Below, in pieces: positions 1 to 11,025 of a DNA stretch of 64,000 nt; positions within the stretch are counted from its first letter, which is position 1; every line of letters starts with the position of its first letter. Origin of the DNA: Pristiophorus japonicus. Taxonomy: Eukaryota. The notes under the pieces are model-generated. The model worked only from the letters and a program-made list of their open reading frames with translations, ran no database searches and was not told where the DNA came from. Location of the stretch: positions 35,154,001 through 35,218,000 of the forward strand of contig NC_091999.1 in NCBI RefSeq assembly GCF_044704955.1. The letters are read 5' to 3'. The position numbers and the translations under genes are program-made.

Positions 1-1125
1 ACAAAAAGCAAGAAACTATAGACTAGTGAGCCGAACATCTGTCATTGGGAAAATGCTGGAGTCCATTAAGAAAGCAGTCACGGGACATTTGGAAAAGCAT
101 AATTCAATCAAGCAGAATCAGCATGGTTTCATGAACGGGAAATCATGTTTGACAAATTTGGTGTAGATCTTTGAGGATGTAACGAGCAGGGTGGATTAGG
201 GTGAGCCATTGGATGTAGTGTATTTGGATTTCCAGAATGCATTCGATAAGGTGCCACATAAAAGTTTACTGCACGGTAAACGTTCATGGCGTTTGGGTTA
301 CCATATGGATAGAGGATTGGCTAACTAACAGATCGCAGAGTCAGGATAAATTGGTCAATTTCCGGTTGGCAAACAGTAACTCATGGTGTGCCGCTAGGTT
401 CGGGGCTGGAACCTCAACTATTTACAATCAATAGTAATGACTTGGATAAAGGGCTGCAGCGTAATATAGCCAATATGCAGATAATACAAAGATAGATGCG
501 AAAGAAAATTGTGAGGAGGACACAAAAAATCTGCAAAGGGATATGGAGAGTCTAAGTGAGTGGGCAAAACTGTACAGGATATTGATGATGCCACACATAG
601 AGTACTGCGTCCAGTTTTGGTCTCCGTATTTAAGAAAGGATATACCTGCATTGGAGGTATTTCAACGAAGATTGATTCCGGAGATAGGTTGAGTAGGTTG
701 GGCGTATGCACATTGGAATTCAGAAGAATGAGAGGTCATCTTATTGAAACTTATAAGATAATAAGGGTGCTCGACAAGGTGGATGCAGAGAGGCTATTTC
801 CACTCATAGGGGCAAATAGAACTAGTGGACATATTCTCAGAATAAGGAGCCGCCCATTTAAAACTGCGATGAGGCGGAATTTCTTCGCTCAGAGTCTTGT
901 AAATATGTGGAATTCGCAGCCCCAGAGATTTGTGGAGGCTAGGTCATTGAATATATTTAAGGTGGAGATAGAAAGGTCTTTGAATGATAAGAGAATAAAG
1001 GGTTATGGGGATCGCGCGGAGAGTTGGAGCTGAGTCCATGATCAGATCATCCATAATACTAAGTTGCAGAGCAGGATCGAGGGACCAGGTCGTCTCCTCC
1101 TGCTCCTATTGCTTATGTTCTTTTG
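1..1125 (+). mobile_element. Decayed CR1-clade LINE, 3' part (RT to 3'UTR)
   Basis: RT remnants (QHGF, YLDFQ-AFDKVPH); C-terminal LEFRRMRGHLIETYKI in ORF 560-1033; CR1-type 3'UTR ending in ttatgttc-like tail; stops and deletions. Confidence 0.9.
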
Positions 1126-2050
1126 TTTACATTACACTAGGCACTATCTTTGTTGAAATTACACGAAACCTTGTCGTTGTTTAATTACATTAGGCCCTGT
1201 CTCTGTTGATGTTACACTCGACCTTGTCTCTCTTCAGATTGCACTGCGCCCTGTCTATCTTTATATTACACTCGACCGTGTCTCTGTTTAAATTACACTA
1301 GACCCTGTCTCTGTTTAAATTACACCCTGTCTCTGTTTATATTGCATTAGACCCTGTCTCTGTTGATATTACACTGGGCCCTGTCTCTGTTTATATTACA
1401 CCAGGCCCGTTCTCTCTTTATATTACACAGGACCCTGTTTGTCTTTATATTACACTAGACCCTTTCTCTTATTATATTATACTGGGCCCTGTCTCTCTTT
1501 ATATTACTCTAGGCCCTGCCTCTCTTTTTATATTGCATTAGGCCCTGTCTTTGTTTATGTTACACTAGACCCTGTCTACCTTTAAGTTACACTAGGCCCT
1601 GTCTCTGTTTATATTACAGCTGTCCCGGTCTCTCCTTATATTACACTGGACCCTTTCTCTCTTTATATTACACTTGGCCCTGTCTCTCTTTAAATTACAC
1701 TGGACCCTGTCTATCTTTATATTGCACTCGGCCCTTTCTCTGTTTATGTTACACTAGACCCTGTATCCCTTTATTTTACACTAGACCCTGTCTCCCTTTA
1801 TGTTACACTCGACCTTGTCTCTGTTTATATTACACTGGACCCTTTCTCTCTTTATATTACACTAGACCCTGTTTCTCTTTATATTACACTAGACCTTGTC
1901 TCTTATTATATTATGCTGGGCCCTGTCTCTCTTTATATTGCACTAGGCCCTGTCTCTGTTTAGATTGCACTAAACCCTATCTACCTTTATGTTACACGAG
2001 GACCTGTCTGCCTTTATGTTAAACTGGGCCATGTATCCATTGACGTCACA
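1126..2050 (+). repeat. 27-bp minisatellite (TATTACACTAGACCCTGTCTCTGTTTA)n
   Basis: Tandem degenerate units read directly. Confidence 0.95.
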
Positions 2051-2729
2051 AGACAGTGTCTGTTTGTGTCAACCGGGGCTCAGTGTTTCTCACTTTTGCT
2101 TCAGTATTAGATAGTTTTTGGATACACTCCCACTCCAGGGACTATATCTCTATTTATTGTACAACAGACACTGTTGTCAGTTACTTCTGCACGCAGTCAT
2201 GCGTCTGTTAGATAGACAGAAGCTACATAGACGGTGGATAGATATTAATATAAATGAATATATATATGTGTGTGGGTGGGAGGATGCAATACTTTTTTCG
2301 ATGGAACATACGTTTAATTTCGTTACTAGCTGTCAAGAGTTGTGTGCAAAGTACTTTAGATCTGGTATTGTGTCGGTAATATTTGTGTTGAGAGGATGGG
2401 CTGAATCTTGTAACAATCTCCCAGAGATGGACTAGGATTGAGGGACAGAATTGAAAGTGAGCAATTCACTACACTTTGCACTACTTAGTGGCACTCTGTG
2501 TGTTAAAGGTTAATAATTCACACTTGTGTTGCACTGTGCTCATTTCCCCCAGTTATTTAATGTTAAGGAGTGTTTTTCCTGCAATATTTTCTATTGAGCT
2601 TTCACGTGACCCACTGGTTGTGTCAGACAGAGTCTGGAACCGTGACCGCACAGCACCACCGGATGGGCGGCCGCAGGGTCCTAATCTCCACCGTATACCT
2701 TCACATTATGACGATCAACTGAAAAGAGC

Positions 2730-2871
2730 NNNNNNNNNNNNNNNNNNNNNNNNNNNNNNNNNNNNNNNNNNNNNNNNNNNNNNNNNNNNNNNNNNNNNNN
2801 NNNNNNNNNNNNNNNNNNNNNNNNNNNNNNNNNNNNNNNNNNNNNNNNNNNNNNNNNNNNNNNNNNNNNNN
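2730..2871. other. Assembly gap (142 N)
   Basis: N run; the paralogous position (~17052-17085) is a (TG)n-like microsatellite. Confidence 1.
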
Positions 2872-3334
2872 GTGCAATTGCATTCCACGAAGATAAATGA
2901 TTATCTTCAACCATTATTTTTCAGCATTTCATTTTAATGAATAGCTATTTGCAGATCGTTTAATACCTTTAACATTTATTGATACCATATTGTCTTGAAT
3001 ACTCTGCTTTAGAAAGTGATGTCACGCTGACCTTTCTGTTATCAAGGTGTCCATGTCTATCCACAGTATTCAGTGGGAAAGGGGATTAAATCACACCGAG
3101 GACAATGAGCAGCCAGCCACCAGTCTATGCACTTTATTGTCCCCAGTGATCACCTCACCATCACACAGACTCCACTGATATGCACCTGCCGTGGGTGATG
3201 ATTACTGCAAATTTTCTTAAACATGAAACTGCACCTGTACCTGGCTTGAGGTTAATAAATCTGTAAATAGCTGACTCATTGTTTCTCTCATTACACAGAC
3301 ACCGTCGCAGTATTTACTGCAATAGACCAATTCT

Positions 3335-4495
3335 CAGTTTATATCGTTGATGTGGTTGACTTCCAAAAGGTGTTTGAAAAACTGCCCTGACAATATCTTG
3401 GCCAGCAAAGTTGAAGTCCATAGAATAAAAGGGATAGTGGCAGCATGGATATGAAATTGAATGAGTGACAGGAATCAGAGAGCAGTGTTTTTTTTGTACT
3501 GGAGGAAGGTATACAGTGGTGTTCTGCAGCAGTTGGTGCTAGGAACACTGCTTTTCTTGATTTATATTCATGACTTAAATTTAGGTGTAATGGCACTTTT
3601 TCAAATTGCAGATGACTCAAGCTTGGAAGTATAGTGAACAGTGAGGAGGATAGTGAGAGACTTCAAGAGGACATAGAGATGCTGGTGGAATAGACGGACA
3701 CGTGGCAAATAAAAAGCAGAAAATTGTGAAGTGATACATTTGGTAGGAAGAACGAGGAGAGGCAAAATAAACTAAAGGATACAATTCTAAAGGATGTGAT
3801 GAACACAGAGATCTGGGGGTATATGTGCACAAATCATTCAATTGGCAGGACAGGTTGAGGAAGTGTTTTAAAAAGCAAACTTTATCCTTGGCTTCATAAA
3901 TAGAGCCATAGAATACAAAATCATAGAAACGATGATGAACCTGTATAAAACACAGATTAGGACTCAACTGGAGTATTGTGGCCAATTCTGGGCACCGCGC
4001 CTTAGTAAAGATCTGTAGGCTTTAGAGAGGCTGCAGAAAATATTTACATGTGGTTCCAGGGACAAAGTACATTGGGTATGTGAATAGACTAGAGAAGCTG
4101 GGGTTCTTCTCCTTAGAGCAGAGAAGGGTGAGATGATATTTGATCGAGCTGTTCAGAATCATAAGGGGTCTAGACAGAGTAGTTGGCGAAAAACTTTTCC
4201 CATTGGCGGAAAGGTTGAGAAAATAGGACACAGATTTAAGGTGATTGACAGAAGAACCAAAGGCGATATAACGGAAACATTTTAATGTTGTCAATGTTTA
4301 GAATCTGAAATGTGGTAGGGGCAGATTCAATCATGGCATTGCAAAGGGAATTGGATAACTACATGAAAGAAGAAAATTCACAGGGCTACGCGAAAGGGCG
4401 GGGGAGTGGAGTGCTGAAATGCTCTTGCAGAGAGTGGCACGAACTATATGGACCGAAAGACCCACTTCTGTGCTGTAACCATTCTATGATTTTAT
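3335..4495 (+). mobile_element. Decayed CR1 LINE 3' fragment
   Basis: RT remnants (DFQK, FQIADD), RPQLEYC-like segment, attctatgat tail. Confidence 0.85.
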
Positions 4496-4561
4496 AATAC
4501 ACCAGAGCCTGTCTCAGTTGTTAGTGAACTGGACACTGTTCCAGTTTATATAACCCCACAC

Positions 4562-4960
4562 ACCAAGTTAAATATTCACTCCCTCCACCACCGGCGTACC
4601 ATGTCTGCAGTGATTACTATCCACAAGATGCTTTGCATTAACTCGACAAGACATCTTCGAAAGCTCTTTCCAAACCTACGACCTCTTCCAACGAGAAGGG
4701 CAAGGGCAGCAGGCTCATGAGAACACCATCATTTCCACGTACTGTCCAAATCACACACCATCCTGACTTGGAAATGTATTATCGTTCCTTCATAGTCACT
4801 GGGTCAAATTCGTGGAACCCTTCCCTAACAATGTGCAAGGACCTTCATCACACGGTCTGCAGCCGATCAAGGTGGCAGCTCATCACCTGCTTATCAAGGC
4901 TAATTATGGATAGACCATCAATGATGGCCTTGCCAGCGACACCCACATGCCAGGGACCAA
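4562..4960 (+). mobile_element. 3' end of an old non-LTR element (paralogue ~18735-19135)
   Basis: cactccctccaccaccggcg...tacaagatgc motif (HSLHHRR-type LINE C-terminus); clade not resolved. Confidence 0.6.
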
Positions 4961-5231
4961 TTAACCTACTAATATTATACTCGACACTCTCTCGGATATT
5001 ACTGGAATATGCCATGCCTTTGGTCCAATTACAAAATACCATGTATCTGTTTATATTAAACTCGACAAGGACATTGTTTATATTACATTAGCCCCATCTT
5101 TTCACATTACTGCACTAGACCATGTCTCTGTTTGTATTAGACTAGACCCTGTCACCGTTATGACTGCATTAGGTTATGTCCTTGTTTATATTAAGCTAGA
5201 CGCTGTCTCAGTTATTACTGCTCTAGACCAT

Positions 5232-5560
5232 GTAACTCCCAGGGCAGGTACAGCATGTGTCAGATACAGAGCAAACTCCCTCTATCCTGTCCCATCACAC
5301 ACTGCCCGGGCACGTACAGCACAGTTTAGACACAGAATAATGCTCCCTTTACAAAGTCCCATCAAACAATCCCAGGGCAGGTACAGCACTCGTTAGATAC
5401 AGAGTCAAGCACACCCTACAATGTCCCATCAAACAATATCAGGGCAAGTACAGCACGGGTTAGATACAGAGTACAGATCCCTCTACACTGTCCCATCAAA
5501 TACTCGCATGCCACTTAATGCACAGTTCACATTTTGGATTGAAGCTCCCTCTGTGCACTC
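5232..5560 (+). repeat. ~67-bp tandem repeat (ctgtcccatcaaacactcccagggcaggtacagcacgggttagatacagagtaaagctccctctaca)
   Basis: About 4-5 units; same family at 19685-20010 (+) and 52538-53155 (-). Confidence 0.9.
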
Positions 5561-6354
5561 CAATCAATTTGGTCCGAGCCATATCCTTCTGGCTGAGGGG
5601 AATCTTTTGTTATCTGTTGATATTTATTTGTGGGGAAATGTCAATGAACAATTCTTGACAGATGGAACAGAAAATGGAAATAGGAGAGGGAGACGATACA
5701 TGTGATGTTGTTCTATATGCTGACGAGAAGGAATTTTCCCCATTCTCTCCGTGGGTTTCATCTTTACTTTATTCTAATATAATTTAGTAAAATGCACCAA
5801 AAAACAATTGTTACTGGAATCTGTTGAGACATTTCCATTTCTCTCTATCTTTATTTCGATGCTGTATTGGTGGGGAAACATTTATTGTGACTATGTCGCT
5901 CAATACTCTAATCTGGGACTTCTATTTCTGTGTTTGTTTACATAAACGCCTCACTGGTTGCCATGAAGTGTTCATGGCAGCAAAATCAGAACAACAGAGT
6001 CGCTTATTGATTAGTCTCAACTCATAACAATGGCTTATTTTAAGCATATTGACAGTGGGTACACATAAGTAGAAATATGTCGAACAGTGACGTTGGCTTC
6101 AGTTTTGTTCAATTACAACAGATGCAATTTATATCAAAGGGAATACATATTAAAATTAGTAATTCAGTTCTGAAAGTTCTGCTGCTTAATCAGTGGAACA
6201 TCTCTGAAGAGGTTGGTATTCCATTGGATCTCCATTTAATGGAAGATTTAACCAACTGAAATTGAACAAGTTTAACGAGTGAGCAGAGGCGTGTTCGACA
6301 CTCACAGTAATATCTAAGCTGTCACATATCGCAACTTGTATTTTGAAATGTTGA

Positions 6355-6820
6355 CATTTAGAAATACCTGGCATTATGTAGCGCCTTTCATGACCTCATG
6401 ATGTCCCAAAGTGATTTACAGCCAATTAATTACTTTGGAAGTGCGGTCACTGTTGTCATGTAGGAAACATGGCTGTCAATTGGTGCACATCAAGATCCCG
6501 CAAGCAGCAATGAAATAATGATCAGATAATCTATTTTTCAAATGTTGGTTGAGAGATAAGTATTTGCGCTGAAAACCCTGGAGAACTCCTCTACTCTTTA
6601 ATATAGTGCCATGAGTCTTTTAAAGTCAACCGAGTGAGAAGATGGGCCTCAATTTAATGTCTGCCCAGAAAGACGGCAGCTCTGGCCGTGCAGTACTCCC
6701 TCAGTACTGACAACGGGCGAGTTGGTGTAGATTATGGATCAGGTTTCTAGAGTGGGATTTAGTATCTGTGATCTTCTGAGTCAGAGGCGAGAGCGATCCT
6801 ATTGAGCCGAGGCTTGAACA
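6355..6820 (-). mobile_element. tRNA-derived Deu-domain-type SINE (SacSINE1-like), decayed
   Basis: Reverse complement matches the SINE at 24660-25115; tRNA-like head and L2-like tail. Confidence 0.65.
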
Positions 6821-8038
6821 GGTCAAAGGTTGTATTTTAAAATGCTGCCATTAAAATCATTGTGTCTGAAGTTCAGGGCCTGAGCAAAGTCTTACGCTGC
6901 TCCATTTATTATCAGGGGCCTGTTCTTTTATCTTGCCTGGGATGTCATTCCCACACTGGGATTTACACTGGGTCCATATAAAAGTGTTAGCAATTCCGCG
7001 GGGAACATCTGTAAGTGCATGAGGCAGAAGGACTCACCGAACCTGAGTTTTACACTGTGTGAGCTGCACCCTCAGAGCGGCTGGAAGCTGGGACTGTGCT
7101 CGTTAGAGCAGAGCAGGTTATGGCCCACTTAATAGAGGTGTTCAAAATGGTGAAGTGTTTTGATCGGGTATAAACGGAGATACGCCATTACTCCCTCCCA
7201 CCCTCCACCAGTATCTCCTTCTCTCCCTCCCTTCATCCCTCCCTACATCAATTGCACACTCCCTTTCCCCAACCCTCCCTCCCCTTATCCCTCGCTCCAA
7301 CCCTGCTTCACTCCACCCCGGCCTTGATCCACTCCTTTCACCCTCCATCCATCCCTCAGCCCAAACGATTCTTTTTTTCCCCTTTGCAGTGTTTCTGCTT
7401 CCATCGATGGGGATTCGTCAGCTGGAATTTTCTGCAGCCAAATCCTTCACCGGGATTTCATATATTTTAAGAAATAAGAGAGAGCGCGATGCTAAATCTA
7501 TACATTTAATCCCTCCACCCTCCCCTAAAAAAGTGATGTGAAATAACATGTTGACCTTTCCGTAGAGGGAGTTGGTTGGAAACTGGCGTTGGGTAGAAAT
7601 TCTAGTTGGGGCAGTCAGGATATTTTTACTTTTTTTAAATAAAAAAAATAAATTTTTACAAGACATCGTCGACTTTCAGCTGCCCTTTTTTCCACCCCCT
7701 TCTCGCTGTTGAGGACGGACCAGTTCCCGCCTCGATCTCGCTGCCATTGTGTATGTGGGATGGTAGGACACACGCTCTCACTACGCTGACAGACTTTGAG
7801 AAGCTGGGTCTGTTCACCTTACAGCAGAGAAGGGTGAGGGGAGATTTACCAGATTGGTACCAGGGATGAATGACTAGAAATACGAGTTCAGCCTCAGCTG
7901 TAGTATTGTGTCCAATTCTGGGCACCACACTATAGAAACATAGAAACATAGAAACATAGAAAATAGGTGCAGGAGCAGGCCATTCAGCCCTTCTAGCCTG
8001 CACCGCCATTCAATGAGTTCATGGCTGAACATGAAACT

Positions 8039-11025
8039 TCAGTACCCCATTCCTGCTTTCTCGCCATAACCCTTGATCCCCCGAGTAGTAAGGACTTCAT
8101 CTAACTCCCTTTTGAATATATTTAGTGAATTGGCCTCAACTACTTTCTGTGGTAGAGAATTCCACAGGTTCACCACTCTCTGGGTGAAGAAGTTTCTCCT
8201 CATCTCGGTCCTAAATGGCTTACCCCTTATCCTCAGACTGTGACCCCTGGTTCTGGACTTCCCCAACATTGGGAACATTCTTTCTGCATCAAACCTGTCT
8301 AAACCCGTCAGAATTTTAAACGTTTCTATGAGGTCCCCTCTCATTCTTCTGAACTCCAGTGAATACAAGCCCAATTGATCCAATCTTTCTTGATAGGTCA
8401 GTCCCGCCATCCCGGGAATCAGTCTGGTGAACCTTCGCTGCACTCCCTCAATAGCAAGAATGTCCTTCCTCAAGTTAGGAGACCAAAACTGTACACAATA
8501 CTCCAGGTGTGGCCTCACCAAGGCCCTGTACAACTGTAGCAACACCTCCCTGCCCCTGTATTCAAATCCCCTCGCTATGAAGGCCAACATGCCATTTGCT
8601 TTCTTAACCGCCTGCTGTACCTGCATGCCAACCTTCAATGACTGATGTACCATGACACCCAGGTCTCGTTGCACCTTCCCTTTTCCTAATCTGTCACCAT
8701 TCAGATAATAGTCTGTCTCTCTGTTTTTACCACCAAAGTGGATAACCTCACATTTATCCCCATATACTTCATCTGCCACGCATTTGCCCACTCACCTAAC
8801 CTATCCAAGTCACTCTGCAGCCTAATAGCATCCTCCTCGCAGCTCACACTGCCACCCAACTTAGTATCATCCGCAAATTTGGAGATACTGCATTTAATCC
8901 CCTCGTCTAAATCATTAATGTACAATGTAAACAGCTGGGGCCCCAGCACAGAACCTTGCGGCACTCCACTAGTCACTGCCTGCCATTCTGAAAAGTACCC
9001 GTTTACTCCTACTCTTTGCTTCCTGTCTGACAACCAGTTCTCAATCCACGTCAGCACACTACCCCCAATCCCATGTGCTTTAACTTTGCACATTAATCTC
9101 TTGTGTGGGACCTTGTCGAAAGCCTTCTGAAAGTCCAAATATACCACATCAACTGGTTCTCCTTTGTCCACTTTACTGGAAACATCCTCAAAAAATTCCA
9201 GAAGATTTGTCAAGCATGATTTCCCTTTCACAAATCCATGCTGACTTGGACCTATCATGTCACCATTTTCCAGATGCACTGCTATGACATCCTTAATAAT
9301 TGATTCCATCATTTTACCCACTACTGAGGTCAGGCTGACCGGTCTATAATTCCCTGTTTTCTCTCTCCCTCCTTTTTTAAAAAGTGGGGTTACATTGGCT
9401 ACCCTCCACTCCATAGGAACTGATCCAGAGTCAATGGAATGTTGGAAAATGACTGTCAATGCATCCGCTATTTCCAAGGCCACCTCCTTAAGTACTCTAG
9501 GATGCAGGCCATCAGGCCCTGGGGATTTATCTGCCTTCAATCCCATCAATTTCCCCAACACAATTTCCCGACTAATAAAGATTTCCCTCAGTTCCTCTTC
9601 CTTACTAGACCCTCTGACCCCTTTTATATCCGGAAGGTTGTTTGTATCCTCCTTAGTGAATACCGAACCAAAGTACTTGTTCAATTGATCCGCCATTTCT
9701 TTGTTCCCCGTTATGACTTCCCCTGATTCTGACTGCAGGGGACCTACGTTTGTCTTCACCAACCTTTTTCTCTTTACATACCTATAGAAACTTTTGCAAT
9801 CCGCCTTAATGTTCCCTGCAAGCTTCTTCTCGTGCTCCATTTTCCCTGTCCTAATCAAACCCTTTGTCCTCCTCTGCTGAGTTCTAAATTTCTCCCAGTC
9901 CCCAGGTTCGCTGCTATTTCTGGCCAATTTGTATGCCACTTCCTTGGCTTTAATACTATCCCTGATTTCCCTAGATAGCCACGGTTGAGCCACCTTCCCC
10001 TTTTTATTTTTACGCCAGACAGGAATGTACAATTGTTGTACTTCATCCATGCGGTCTCTAAATGTCTGCCATTGCCCATCCACAGTCAACCCCCTAAGTA
10101 TCATTCGCCAATCTATCCTAGCCAATTCACGCCTCATACCTTCAAAGTTACCCTTCTTTAAGTTCTGGACCATGGTCTCTGAAATTACTGTTTCATTCTC
10201 CATCCTAATGCAGAATTCCACCATATTATGGTCACTCTTCCCCAAGGGGCCTCGCACAATGAGATTGCTAATTAATCCTCTCTCATTACACAACACCCAG
10301 TCTAAGATGGCCTCCCCCCTAGTTGGTTCCTCAACATATTGGTCTAGAAAACCATCCCTTATGCACTCCAGGAAGTCCTCCTCCACCGTATTGCTTCCAG
10401 TTTGGCTAGCCCAATCTATGTGCATATTAAAGTCACCCATTATAACTGCTACACCTTTATTGCATGCACCCCTAATTTCCTGTTTGATGCCCTCCCCAAC
10501 ATCCCTATTACTGTTTGGAGGTCTGTACACAACTCCTACTAACGTTTTTTGCCCTTTGGTGTTCTGCAGCTCTACCCATATAGATTCCACATCATCCAAG
10601 CTAATGTCTTTCCTAACTATTGCATTAATATCCTCTTTAACCAGCAATGCTACCCCACCTCCTTTTCCTTTTATTCTATCCTTCCTGAATGTTGAATACC
10701 CCTGAATGTTGAGTTCCCAGCCCTGATCATCCTGGAGCCACGTCTCCGTAATCCCAATCACATCATATTTGTTAACATCTATTTGCACAATTAATTCATC
10801 CACCTTATTGCGGATACTCCTTGCATTAAGACACAAAGCCTTCAGGCTTGTTTTATTAACACCCTTTGTCCTTTTAGAATTTTGCTGTACAGTGGCCCTT
10901 TTTGTTCTTTGCCTTGGGTTTCTCTGCCCTACACTTTTCCTCATCTCCTTTCTGTCTTTTGCTTTTGGCTCCTTTTTGTTTCCCTCTGTCTCCCTGCATT
11001 GGTTCCCATCCCCCTGCCATATTAG
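8039..11025 (-). CDS. CR1 ORF2: AP endonuclease + reverse transcriptase (1-nt frameshift at ~8760; frame open upstream of the first ATG at 10944 into the ORF1 end)
   Basis: NARS, ITETWL, GDFN, SDH endonuclease motifs; QGSVLGP and FADD RT motifs; ORFs 8701-10944 and 8039-8791 join. Confidence 0.95.

Larger units (their letters stand above)
2150..7930 (+). repeat. Segmental duplication copy 1 (paralogous to ~16480-22180)
   Basis: Same order of unique blocks, CR1 fragment, 67-bp satellite, SINE and pyrimidine tract in both copies. Confidence 0.9.

Noticed and set aside
6186-6260. Minus-strand peptide MEYQPL resembling an ITAM half-site
   Set aside because: The Tyr codon is a stop (TAG) in both paralogous copies and there is no second YxxL
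7040-7062. CACTGTG/CACAGTG as a V(D)J recombination signal
   Set aside because: No nonamer at 12 or 23 spacing, heptamer not kept in the paralogue, and no Ig/TCR V, D or J coding sequence found
10025-10705. 226-aa plus-strand ORF and similar antisense ORFs (8427, 8738, 49664, 57741, 59959)
   Set aside because: Antisense shadows of CR1 ORF2 with no independent motif
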